Below are positions 1-10,759 of a stretch of 64,000 nt of DNA, one piece after another. The notes beneath the pieces were generated by a model, which was not told the DNA's origin, ran no database searches, and worked only from the letters and a program-made list of their open reading frames with translations. The stretch's first letter is position 1, and the number at the start of each line of letters is the position of its first letter. Both the position numbers and the translations under genes were made by a program. Origin of the DNA: Adineta vaga (Eukaryota; Animalia; Rotifera); contig CP075493.1 of assembly GCA_021613535.1 (NCBI GenBank), forward strand, positions 10,850,001 to 10,914,000, in the 5' to 3' direction.

Positions 1-669
1 CGCGCATTTTTGAATATTCAACTTCTGTCGGTGTTCCATCGGTATTACAACTGTCGAGTTTCAAATAATCAACACCCCAACTTGCATAAGTATTTGCATC
101 TTTTGTTTCATATCCTAGTGAACCAGGTCGACCAGCACAAGTTTTATATCCTCGATCTAAATATACTGTCGAGATAAAATTGTGTGACTGTCATCTATTT
201 ACCTGAATAAAGGCCGAATTTGAGTTGTCTTGAATGAACATAATCAGCTAATGCTGCAATACCATTTGGAAAAGCGATTGGATCAGGTTGTATTGTTCCT
301 TGTGCGTCTCGACTTCTTTGCCAACAATCATCCATATTAACTATATAAATCAAAAATACAATGACAATTATAGGACGCTAATTGACATGAAAAAGAAAAT
401 GATACCGTATTGATATCCAGCTGCAGCAAGACCTGTAGCAACAATAGCATCGGCTGTTTGTCGTACGGTTGTCTCATTAATAGAACAATGAAAATGATTC
501 CAACTGTTCCATCCTTTAACAGAAAACGAATGTATTCAGAATATTCAACTTAATTAGTAGAACCAGTTATTCTATTACCCATTTGAGGAGTACGACCTAA
601 TCCATTATTTAATTGATGAGAAATATGTGTAAACCATAGAATGTATATTAATAGCAAACCTATCATCAT
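1..669 (-). CDS. Alpha-galactosidase, glycoside hydrolase family 27 (5' part, multi-exon, continues beyond the window start)
   Basis: Manual splicing gives signal peptide [13 protein letters not shown].., then [11 protein letters not shown]|[75 protein letters not shown]. These are canonical GH27 motifs including the catalytic Asp. Three GT-AG introns. Confidence 0.92.
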
Positions 670-1786
670 ACCACCGTATAAAAAGAAAGATAATATGAGT
701 TACCAACAGAAAAAAAAGAACATCATCGTTTTATATTTACCATGCTCTATCTTTATCTATGTGATAAAACTTATTTGTGAAACAAAGTATTTTTTGTATG
801 AACTCGAGAAATACTTCTATCAGATTCATTGATCTTGAGAGTAATTGTGAATGAGAGTATATGCATGAAAAACCTATTATAATTCAGTCTGTACATCCAT
901 ATTTATGATATCTTTATTAAATATAAAAGCAACACTCAGTTGAATCCATCTACCTATCATTGAAAGAAGTAGCCAAGAAAGCGATATGTCTTCATTGTTC
1001 TTTGAAGTTCTTTTCAGAGGTTGAAGATGATGATACGTCGTCTGTGTTAGATGAAAGCGGTCGATCGGTTACTAAATTGAAAAGATAGAATGTTGGCTTA
1101 ACTCAAAGAAAGTATTCCAAAAGAAAACTAAGTTTTGTGGGAAAATGTGTTCCTCGCTTTACGGTTAAATTATGGCTATGCATGGCTGATTCTCTAGAAG
1201 TTGTACACAAAAATCAATGAATTTTCAATAAATTATCTTTACTGTTGAACAAGCTGGTCCGAGAACAAATGGAGAAAGTAAATAAGTTGGACGATCATAA
1301 TATTGTTGTGGATAATCAAAATATATTTGTGCATTCACATTCTAAGTGCAATTTAGAGTTGGATAAAATACTTCAGATACAGATATATAATTGACTTACT
1401 CTTGATGCATCTCTCCTGCTGTTTGAGCATCTAAAAAAAATGAAAATGAATTCAAATTGAAATATAGTTCTATATTGTCATTCTGCTATCTTTAACGTAT
1501 ATTAATATATAATTCAAACGCATCATATCCACCAGACAATTACTTATTCCTTGTAGTATTTGATGATGTTGAACAATTTTCCTTTGTTACTGATGTTGCA
1601 GTGAACGTTCATATATGCATCGTCGACGATTGACCTGTCGGTTGGCTTAAACAGATCATCGGGTGCTAGCTTTTCTCGCATTGTTCATATTCTTTTAAAT
1701 TTTAATTTCAAACACATAGATGCAAAAAGCTGTTTGTATGAAATATTCTGAAATTATTATTTTAATATGAAATCATAACGTTCATA

Positions 1787-2359
1787 CTATTCATTATTCA
1801 TAGTAGTCAATTCGTTTTCATAGCGTATCAGTTGAAGTAGTAAGACATGATTGGGTGATGCTTGCTGCCGTCTAGTTAAAAGATATTCGAAAGCCTGTGA
1901 TACATTCCATTTTTTATGATGCATTAAATATGCCAATATAATGGTAGAAGAACGAGATACACCACGTTCACAATGTACCAAGACTCGGTATCCTTGTTGA
2001 TGACATCGATCGAGAAATGTATTTGTTGCTTGAAAAGATTGAGATAATTCAGCAGAACGACCATTTTTACTTGGAACATGGTGTATTTCTCGTAACTGAT
2101 CAACCAATATTTTATCTGTTACATTGACAATATGTGTAATTGAGAGTGAGTCGAGAAGCGGTGAATTATTAGCATGTTGCCAATCGCTTTGAAATAACCA
2201 AGAATCAAGTATTTCCGATGGTTGAAGATTTGATGATGTCTTATGACCAAAATACGGCTGTTTTAGTTGTACGATTGAATGAATGTATGCAAGTTCACCA
2301 TCAGTAGCATTATACGTTTCACGAAGAAACTTTTCTCGTTTATTTTGTAATGTAGACAT
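1787..2359 (-). CDS. Dual-specificity protein phosphatase (atypical DUSP)
   Basis: 190-aa ORF with PSEIL, ITHIVNV, the catalytic loop VLVHCERGVSRS, AYLM and SPN motifs. Confidence 0.9.
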   Translation of the reverse strand: MSTLQNKREKFLRETYNATDGELAYIHSIVQLKQPYFGHKTSSNLQPSEILDSWLFQSDWQHANNSPLLDSLSITHIVNVTDKILVDQLREIHHVPSKNGRSAELSQSFQATNTFLDRCHQQGYRVLVHCERGVSRSSTIILAYLMHHKKWNVSQAFEYLLTRRQQASPNHVLLLQLIRYENELTTMNNE

Positions 2360-3031
2360 TGTTGAATTGGCACATAAGCATCGGGTAACTCACATTTATT
2401 TTCTTCATTTCGGTGTATTATAGAATTGCATTGAATTGTGCAACACTCACTATAATGAGTCATAAGAGAATATACTTTCTTTTATATAATAAGTAATATT
2501 TTTACCACATTGTTTGACTGTTTAAACGAATTTTATAGTGTCAATTGTATGGATCTATATATTTTTATTTATAGTCGAATATCTTCTTAGACGAATTCAG
2601 AATGGGTGAACGTGTGATCTAGATTTAGTACTCATCTTAAGCTTTCATCAAAATTCTTTTGTAGACAACAGGACAATAAATCTATTCTCTTCTTTGAACA
2701 ACAAGAAAAAAGACGAAGAAAAAGTTTCTTGATCTTCCCTTTTTTTCGTTTAAAGACGCAAATGCAAATACTGAAAATAAAACGTTTTGTCGATAACTAA
2801 TCGTTTGAATTAGATCGTTGTGGATTCTTTATAGACTGGAAATATCGAAGGAAATGAAGGTATTGATACTATCTATTCGAATTCAAGGTTCCAACCTAAA
2901 GACAATTGATTGAAATATTTCCAGTGTGTGTCTGTATTTTCTAGTTCATTTAATCATATTCTTTTCTAGATTTTTTTTATTGAATACAAAGAGAATGATT
3001 TATTTTAATATAAACAAAAGAAAGTTCAAAG

Positions 3032-4149
3032 TTATGAAGTGAACAATTGTACATCAGCATATTGGACACTATTCGAAGTTCCACGTTTACTAGAGACAAG
3101 AAATCGATAACTTCGATATTGAATTGAATTATTGAACCATTGAACTAATCCACAAATGCCTCGACCAGGATTTGATAAAAGACCACTATTACCACTATAA
3201 ATAAGTGACCAACTTGAACCTAATGTCAAAGCTATTCCAGATTGATTGCTTCCTTCTAAGGAAATGATTAATGGATCACGTTCTGGATAATCATCAGCAG
3301 TACAAATTCGAAATCCGGTTACTAGCACATGACCTTGTAATAATTCTAAGTAGAAACCTGTATTCAAACCACATGTATCTAGAAATTGTATTTCTGAACA
3401 ACTTCCAAAATTAAGATATTTTGTTGTTGTATTATCATCACATGCATTATTTGGTGATTCAACAGGAGGATAACTACCAATATTAAAACCAGATGTAGAT
3501 GCAACACTATTACCACCTATACTGGTATTAAATATACCGTAAATTAGTCCATTGATACTTGTTAGTGTTAATTGCGCTAAAACAACAGATACGAATATTA
3601 ATATACATAAGCTTCTTGAAGTTGCAGAGTTTTCCTTTAGATTAATACCTTTCGTCGTAGTGGTGGATAATGATGTTGTCGTTATTGTCGTTGTCGTCGT
3701 GGATGATGTTATTGTTGTTGCCGTCGTAGAGAATGATGTTGTTGATGTAGAAAGCGTAGTTGTAGAAGAAGAAGAAGTCGATAAAGATGTAGTACTAGTA
3801 CTTATTATTTCAGTTGTTGTCGTCGCTAAAGCTAGATGAAACGACAATGATGCAATCAAAGTTTACTAAAAATATTATATACTTGATGTTATCGTATATT
3901 TGCTTTGAATGACTAGTATCGGTACAAGAAGTATTGCAATACTCAAAGTCATTCCAACTAACAGACAGGTACCAAAAAGAATTCTGCAACGTGTCGAACT
4001 GAACAATAAATTAAAAAACAATTGTGATTGAAAGAATGATATAATACTTACTATCCAGTCACCATTATTGGAATCCAATAATTAGCAGATAATGATGTAG
4101 TTCGAAACGGAACTGTTGATGGAAGATGTATATGTTCAATGTCTTTCAT
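3032..4149 (-). CDS. Membrane-anchored protein with Thr/Ser-rich stalk and C-terminal discoidin/F5-8-like beta-sandwich domain (multi-exon, 5' end uncertain)
   Basis: Hydrophobic segment (ILFGTCLLVGMTLSIAILLVPILVI), poly-Thr/Ser exon, and a terminal exon with NACDDNTTTKYLNF..RDPLIISLEGSN..W..YRSYRF..VQYADVQL, resembling F5/8-type C domains. The first exon does not join cleanly in frame. Confidence 0.65.
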
Positions 4150-4771
4150 GATAAGTTTATGATTATTCTTGAAACCAATTTACTTCGTTTATTTTACGTT
4201 AATTTTGAAGTTTAGTTTTTCTTCGATGATATTTTAAGATAATGATATGAAAGCTATTAAATGAATATAAAGAATAACTTAAGAAAATGATTTTTTTTGT
4301 CAGAAAGAAAAGAACGAATTCTTTATGAGATATCTGTTTATTCTCTTTCATAATAATAATGATGCACATTGCTTCTTAACTTCAATTAAGTTTCTACACA
4401 GAACAAAAAAATCATTAATAATTCAAAATAATTGTTCTTCTGTTTATTATGTGAACGAGTCGACGACTGTTCTTTTTCTCTTTTCTCTAAATATCATTTG
4501 AAGATTATCCGGAACAAAATAATTATTAATACACAATATTTAATAGCATTGAATATATACTTTCAATATATCTCAATTCATTCATATATACAGATTGAGG
4601 GTATAGGTGTCCTATAGTGCTATGAGATCGTTGTATTATTTGACAAAATAGTGAAGATATACCAGTAAAAGCAACCTATCATTACTATATTTCCATGAAA
4701 AATAAATCCTTATTCATTTACAAATACGAATAACACAAAACAGCAATTCTCAAAGATATGAAAACGATGAA

Positions 4772-6253
4772 TTAATCTTTATTTAAAATTTCATAAATTA
4801 AATTCATATTGACATATTTGCGTATATGATCAGCTAATTTATTGTATTGTTCTTCTTTGTATACTTTGTAATCAAAAGGTTTATCTATTAATTTTTCAGT
4901 GTAAGGTTCTAGTAAAAAATCAATAAATGCATTGTTATCCAAAATACCATGAATATATGTACCAAAACATTTATGATTGAGATAGAAACCATCTTTTGTT
5001 CCATCGATTAACGTATTAAGAGGAAAATATTCGATATTGTTAATAGGAATAGTGCTACCCATATGTATTTCGTAACCATGACACACTTCTTTCGAATTGA
5101 GAAATGTAAAATCAATTTGACGTGTTATTTTTTCGCTTTGTATTTCAGTAGCAATCGGTAATAGACGAAGACCTGGTAAACATTCTATGGAACCTTCAAT
5201 TTGATTTGGATCACAAACTTCTTCTCCCATCATTTGATATCCTCCACATATACCCATGACAGTCGCTCCTTGTTCATAGGCTGTAATGATACTTTGAGCA
5301 ATATCATTACGACGTAGTTCATATAAATCTGAAATTGTACTTTTACTTCCAGGTATTAGAATGATATCAGCTTGTCTAATTTCCTTAGCATCATTGGTAT
5401 AGTAGAGATGAACACGAGGATCACGTTCCAAAACATGAAAATCAGTAAAATTCGACAAATGACGCAATAAAACTACAACAATATTAATTTTTCCATGAAC
5501 AGCTTGTAAATTTTTGGTTTGCAGCATTAATGAATCTTCTTCTTCAATGTATATATCTTTGTAATAAGGTATAACACCAATAACGGGAATCTTACAAAGA
5601 TCTTCAAGTATTTGAACTCCTGATGTAAATAGCGTGATATCTCCACGGAATTTATTAATTAGTATTCCTTTTGTATGTTTTCGCTCTTCATCAGTCATCA
5701 ACATAATTGATCCATATATACCAGCAAATACGCCTCCTCGATCAATATCAGCGATGAGAATAACATCAGCTTTAGCATGAATAGCCATTGGTAAATTGAC
5801 AAGATCAAGTTCACGTAAATTAATCTCAGAAACACTACCAGCACCTTCTAATACAATAGGATTGTATTGTTTTTCTAATCGATCGAACGCATTATTAACT
5901 TCTTTACGTAAAACATCTCGTCCTTCTTTTCGAAAATATTCTCTAGCAGTTTGATTCCCAATTGGTTTTCCATTTAAAATAACTTGTGAACTTTGATCAC
6001 ATGTTGGTTTCAATAGTAAAGGATTCATATCTGTATGACAAAGTATACCAGCTGCTTCAGCTTGTACGGCTTGTGCACGTCCAATTTCAAAGCCATCGAC
6101 AGTAGCAAAAGAGTTAAGTGACATATTTTGTGCTTTGAATGGTGCAGGATGATATCCATCTTGAAAAAAGATTCGACAAAAAGCAGTGACGATGACACTT
6201 TTTCCAACATCACTACCTGTACCAGCAAACATAATAGGATGTAATGTCTTCAT
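4772..6253 (-). CDS. cobQ: Cobyric acid synthase CobQ/CbiP (adenosylcobyric acid synthase, glutamine-hydrolysing), bacterial-type, intronless
   Basis: P-loop GTGSDVGKS, PFKAQNMSLNS, EIGRAQAVQA, DMNPLLLKP, EGAGSVSEINLR, DIDRGGVFA, INKFRGD, EEEDS, SNFTDF, IIPGSK-type GATase loop, catalytic Cys in GICGGYQM, GYEIHMG, GTYIHG. Full length; the first ATG (MKTLHP) is at 6253, whereas the ORF track starts at a TTG at 6265. Confidence 0.97.
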   Translation of the reverse strand: MKTLHPIMFAGTGSDVGKSVIVTAFCRIFFQDGYHPAPFKAQNMSLNSFATVDGFEIGRAQAVQAEAAGILCHTDMNPLLLKPTCDQSSQVILNGKPIGNQTAREYFRKEGRDVLRKEVNNAFDRLEKQYNPIVLEGAGSVSEINLRELDLVNLPMAIHAKADVILIADIDRGGVFAGIYGSIMLMTDEERKHTKGILINKFRGDITLFTSGVQILEDLCKIPVIGVIPYYKDIYIEEEDSLMLQTKNLQAVHGKINIVVVLLRHLSNFTDFHVLERDPRVHLYYTNDAKEIRQADIILIPGSKSTISDLYELRRNDIAQSIITAYEQGATVMGICGGYQMMGEEVCDPNQIEGSIECLPGLRLLPIATEIQSEKITRQIDFTFLNSKEVCHGYEIHMGSTIPINNIEYFPLNTLIDGTKDGFYLNHKCFGTYIHGILDNNAFIDFLLEPYTEKLIDKPFDYKVYKEEQYNKLADHIRKYVNMNLIYEILNKD

Positions 6254-6492
6254 TATTGATATCAAATAAACAAGTCTTCTATCACAAATGATGAGATGTG
6301 AAATGGAGAACTAAATGCACGTTGTTTTTTTTATAGATAAGAATTGTGTATAGTCAAAGAGAATGAAAAAAAGGATTTCTTTTTATGTTGCGAATTTCTA
6401 AATGTAGCACTTGACTAACTATTGATTTATTATTTTTTTTAAACTAATAAGCACAAAAAAACTGAATGTAGCATCTATAGATTAATGAAATG

Positions 6493-6687
6493 TTATTCTT
6501 TCTTTTCTTCATTGTTCAGTTGTTGTTCATGTGATTGTATATTCGATGTATTTCCAGTGGGTCGATTTGTATTGTTTTTACCACTTGCTTGATGGGCATT
6601 ACTGGCAGCAGGTGCTTGTTTTCCGGGATCTTGTGCAGGTTTCCATGTTGATCTTGATGAACCTGGACCACCGTAAGACGAACGCAT
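6493..6687 (-). CDS. Small hydrophilic 64-aa protein, paralog of 7563..7754
   Basis: MRSSYGGPGSSRSTWKPAQDPGK aligns with MRSYQVGPGSSKSTWKATLDPGK of the opposite-strand ORF. Similar length; TATA-like element about 60 nt upstream. Confidence 0.7.
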   Translation of the reverse strand: MRSSYGGPGSSRSTWKPAQDPGKQAPAASNAHQASGKNNTNRPTGNTSNIQSHEQQLNNEEKKE

Positions 6688-6917
6688 TGTATGAATTATA
6701 TATGTTGATGAATTTTCTGTTACACGATAAAAGCGTTTTTTCTTTGATTATATAGGAGAGAAATTGTGCCGTTTTCTTTTTGGATATGATCAAAAATAAG
6801 CTATAGCATATATCTTTTCTGCCCGTGAAAGGACAAAGTACACGAATCCTTGGATTGTACTCATAAATAATTTTTTTGGTGGGAACGAAGAGAGAGAGAG
6901 AAAAAAAATAACGAAGA

Positions 6918-6990
6918 GAACTGTCGACGCCAATCGACAAATGATAGAGGGTGATAGGAATGGAAAAAATATGCGTGTTGCCATCTTGCG
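6918..6990 (-). promoter_or_regulatory. Conserved upstream element, copy 1 (inverted repeat with 7200..7280)
   Basis: Minus strand reads CAAGATGGCAACAC..TTTTCCATTCCTATCACCCTCTATCATTTGTCGATTGGCGTCGACAGTT, nearly identical to the plus strand at 7200-7280. Contains an AAGATGGC (YY1-like) site and two TGATAG (GATA-like) sites. Confidence 0.65.
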
Positions 6991-7199
6991 AAAAAAAAAT
7001 TCCTTGTTTTTTTTTCTTCTGCGTACTTGATATATAGAAGACGCTATACTGAGAACTGTATATTACAAAACAGTAAATACATAGAGAGATTGAAGCAAAT
7101 AGTTGTTCTTTGTTCTCAGCCATGTTCTTTTATTGATCTTTATCATAAACATACTCAAGGTCATGTACTCGAACAGAAATAAACAAGTTTCTTTTTTCT

Positions 7200-7280
7200 C
7201 CGTAAGATGGCAACACACATACATATTTCTTTTCCATTTCTATCACCCTCTATCACTCGTCGGATGGCGTCGACAGTTCC
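7200..7280 (+). promoter_or_regulatory. Conserved upstream element, copy 2
   Basis: TAAGATGGCAACAC..TTTTCCATTTCTATCACCCTCTATCACTCGTCGGATGGCGTCGACAGTT. Lies upstream of a CT tract and TATATAAA (about 7451) that precede the 7563 ORF. Confidence 0.65.
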
Positions 7281-7562
7281 ATCGATCTCTCTCTCCCTAC
7301 CATAAAAGAAAGAAAAATAAATACGAGCATCTATATTACACGAAGAACTTTTTTGGAAATAGCTAAAAAGGATCCAATAGACTACTGAGCGATATTATTA
7401 CTTTTCTATTATACTAAAAGTAGAATCTCTCTCCCTCTCTTCTCTACATATATATAAATATGTACATATAATAGTGCTGTTTTACATTTCTTTCACGAGA
7501 ACTATTGATCGTACATAATATTGTGAATCTTCATCTTACATCATTTGAAATAATTCTATAAA

Positions 7563-7754
7563 ATGCGTTCGTATCAAGTCGGACCTGGATCATCCAAATC
7601 AACATGGAAAGCTACTTTGGATCCTGGCAAGAGTTTACCTTGTTCAAACAGTGGTCATCAACCAACAAGTGAAAATGATACGAAACCATCGACAAACAGT
7701 GAAACAAATGGACAAGGTTCACAACAATCTTCTAATAACCAACAGAAAAAATAA
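7563..7754 (+). CDS. Small hydrophilic 63-aa protein, paralog of 6493..6687
   Basis: Shares GPGSSxSTWKxxxDPGK and a Ser/Asn/Gln-rich tail with the divergent ORF. Confidence 0.7.
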   Translation: MRSYQVGPGSSKSTWKATLDPGKSLPCSNSGHQPTSENDTKPSTNSETNGQGSQQSSNNQQKK

Positions 7755-7954
7755 AAAAAAAACATTTGATTATTCTTAGTTTGTGTTCTATGTAGTGTAC
7801 AACTTATATACTTATGCATGTCTGAAGCAACTTTTAAATGCGTAGCTAGTCAAATATATATATATATATAACCTTCTTTGCTTTTTTATTTTATTTGTCT
7901 ATTATATAAAATAACTTGTAATAAAAGAAAATGAATAAAAACGTCTATTTCATC

Positions 7955-8758
7955 CTATTTTAAGAGCATAAGAAGAACATGAAGAAGAATAAGTGATGTT
8001 GTAGAAGATATAACGATTGCAACGTTAGTACCATAATATTTGTTGTAATCAAATTGAAAATTAGTTTTTTGACGAATTAATTCAATATTTTCAAGTGAAT
8101 TACAATGAGACGTTAAACATCGTATATCAAAATCATCAAATCGTTTTCGTTCGATAAGATCAAAATAAGTCATTGCTTCAAAATAAGGACTACCAGCTGA
8201 ATCACATCGAGCACATATTTCAATGGATGTAAGATTTTTCCAATTTGGTCGCATTGTTATATGACAATGTTGACAGCCAGTTGACGGTGAACAAACAGAT
8301 CCATTTTGAAAATTAAAACAATTACTTGAATTGAATATCAATGTAGTATTCAATTGGGGAACAAGTTCTGTTAATGAATGTTGTATTGTTGCCGAATTGA
8401 AAGCACGTTTAACATTAATTGCTGTATTACAAAAATCAGTGGAACAAAGATATCGAAATGTAACTTGTGGTTGATTATTATTAGCTAATACAGCCATAAA
8501 AGCCATTTCTTTCGATTCCGGCGCATCTATTATATCATGAAAAGTACCGAGTGAACTTTTTCCACCACGCCATGAAATTGTCACATAACAATTACGTATA
8601 CCAGTAAAGTTTGTACAACCATCCAGTGAGTCGGGTATAGTATCACTAGTTAATTCAAAATCGTATTCATGATCATAGCAATTGTAGCAAATTACGCTTG
8701 CAGATATTTCTTGTGTGCAAAGCACAAAAGTTAAGATAATGTGGACGAGATGTAACAT
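7955..8758 (-). CDS. Secreted, probably GPI-anchored Cys-rich protein (two Ly6/uPAR three-finger-like modules)
   Basis: Signal peptide; ICYNC..C..C..CSTDFCN module; second C..CQHC..CARC..CLTSHCN module; hydrophobic C-terminal tail. Confidence 0.75.
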   Translation of the reverse strand: MLHLVHIILTFVLCTQEISASVICYNCYDHEYDFELTSDTIPDSLDGCTNFTGIRNCYVTISWRGGKSSLGTFHDIIDAPESKEMAFMAVLANNNQPQVTFRYLCSTDFCNTAINVKRAFNSATIQHSLTELVPQLNTTLIFNSSNCFNFQNGSVCSPSTGCQHCHITMRPNWKNLTSIEICARCDSAGSPYFEAMTYFDLIERKRFDDFDIRCLTSHCNSLENIELIRQKTNFQFDYNKYYGTNVAIVISSTTSLILLHVLLMLLK

Positions 8759-9344
8759 TGATATTGAAATGACTAGTTACATTTCAAATGCTATTTATAT
8801 ATGTATTGTACCAAGAGAGAACAAATGAAAATGATCATAAACTTTTAAAAGATGTACATCGTATATAACATTCATAAATTAACTTAATAATCGTTTATCA
8901 GTCTTCATCATGTTTTGATAATGTTTTATATCATTATCAGATTATTTCATGTCGTAAAATTCAGAATCTTTTTATACAACTTCATTATGTAAAGATATTT
9001 ATGAGTACATTCATCTTTTTTTTACAATAGAATAAAATAAAAAAATTTCAACAATTATTTTTCACATTTTTATATGCTAAAGATCTTTTGATCCGAAAAT
9101 CAAAAGATAAATTTCTATATCGTTCTCTGTGTCTAGTTCGAATAAATCCAGAAAATAATTTTCGGATTCGTTCAACAACAAGTATCGAATTTTTTACGTT
9201 TTTCTTCATTTTTCAGCTCGAAACACAATATATTCATGCAATGGTAGAACTTTTACAATCTTTATTTTAGTTATAAATCATAAATAGAAAAAAAAATGAC
9301 AAAAAAAAGTATTTTTTCTATTGAAAACCTAATAGTCATTATTG

Positions 9345-10347
9345 TCAAGCCCATATACCAACTACAGCCATGGCAGCGGCTCCAGCATATAAAGCTACGA
9401 AATATAAAAATTTTAGCCGATTATCTAATGAATGAAATGCATGTGCATGACAGCCCATTTCAGTGGCAATCAAGTGAACAAGAGCTACATAAATAAGAAT
9501 ACCAGCAGATACAGAATCCAAAATGCCATTAATAAGTAATGAAGTAACTGATTTTGGGTTGTACGATTTTGATTGAACAACAATACCTATACCAATACCT
9601 AGCGGTGTTGTCACAGCAAAAAAGGTAATCATCCATATAATTGAACGTAACGAAATACGATCTAAACGAGTAATTTGAGCACCAAGAGCCATACCCTCGA
9701 AAAATTGATGAAAACAAAGAGCAATAAATAAAACTGTGAATTCATCATCAGCTGTTCCCAATGCTAAGCCAATTAAAATCGAATGAAGAGCTATACCAAA
9801 TTCAAGTAAATATGTACTAATTTTCTTTGCCTGATAACTGTCTTGGAAACCTATACCATGACAATGACCTAATAAATTACTATCGATCTACTAGTTCAAC
9901 GGTTGTTGTCGAATTAGTTTTTGATTGAATCGATCGATAGTGTTGATGAACAATGTATTCACTTAATTGCATAATCATAACAGCTAACATTGCTATCAGA
10001 CCAGCAGAAGCATCATATGCTTTCCAAGAATCAGGTAAACAAGGATCGGTTAATGCATCCATTGCAGCTGGTAACATATGAATAAAACCTGTTGCTAATA
10101 TCACTCTATTTAAAAGAAAACAATTAGAAATTATTCTGCTCTTCTACAGATAAAGTCACAGTTTTTCTTACCCACTACCAAAAAATTTTCCTACATTGAG
10201 AATAATGGGATTGATATGTAAAATTTTCACTCGTGCTGAAATAATAGAAATTGAAGCACCAAGTACAGATAAAACCAATATAACAGGTACTGATATAATA
10301 CGTAATTTTAAATTATTGTCTGTTGTTGACGTTAAAGTAGTATTCAT
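9345..10347 (-). CDS. ZIP-family (Zrt/Irt-like) zinc/iron transporter, fungal/plant type, multi-exon
   Basis: GKFFGSG|VILATGFIHML..LTDPCL, GHCHG loop, LLEFGIALHSILIGLALG, FHQFFEGMALG, TTPLGIGIG, DSVSAGILIYVALV, VVGIWA. The junction near 9870-9955 needs either an intron of about 64 nt or a +1 frameshift. Confidence 0.9.
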
Positions 10348-10759
10348 TTCTGCTATATAATAGTTTTTTCTGTTTATGGTGAAAGGCTCCTATGGATAAA
10401 TAATACTTCGTACTGTTTTGTACCTCTGTATATATAAGAGAAATATTCTATATCTTATTTCTCTATTTCTCTCTCTCTCTTTCTCTTTCCCTCTATCGTC
10501 AGACACTAGGTGGTGTTAGATATACACGTGGCCATCTATAGAGAATATATTCTTATTATTCTGTTTTCACATACCCTTTGGACTATCACGAGAAGGAAAA
10601 AAAAGAAAAAACAATTTCTCCTGTTATATTTGCGAAGTATACCGACTTTTATCAGTGCGACGTGCATATAGTCATTCTTACACCAATCTATAGCACATGA
10701 TACTGTTGACTAAGATTAGTATAGCTATATTCTAGTTTTTTTCATTGCTGACTGCCTGT

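Noticed and set aside
940-1690. Possible small multi-exon gene on the minus strand (splice-like sites; fragment MHKYIFDYPQQYYDRPTYLLSPF)
   Set aside because: I could not build a consistent reading frame or recognise a family.
3552-3839. Val-rich 95-aa plus-strand ORF
   Set aside because: Antisense shadow of the Thr-codon-rich exon on the minus strand.
4772-6253. Bacterial contaminant contig as the explanation for cobQ and the other prokaryotic-type genes
   Set aside because: No operon context, base composition matches the host genes, and the neighbours have spliceosomal introns. It still needs read-level confirmation.
6599-7366. ORFs 6599..7123 (-) and 7103..7366 (+)
   Set aside because: Low-complexity Phe/Ile/Lys composition typical of AT-rich non-coding DNA; they overlap the shared promoter region.
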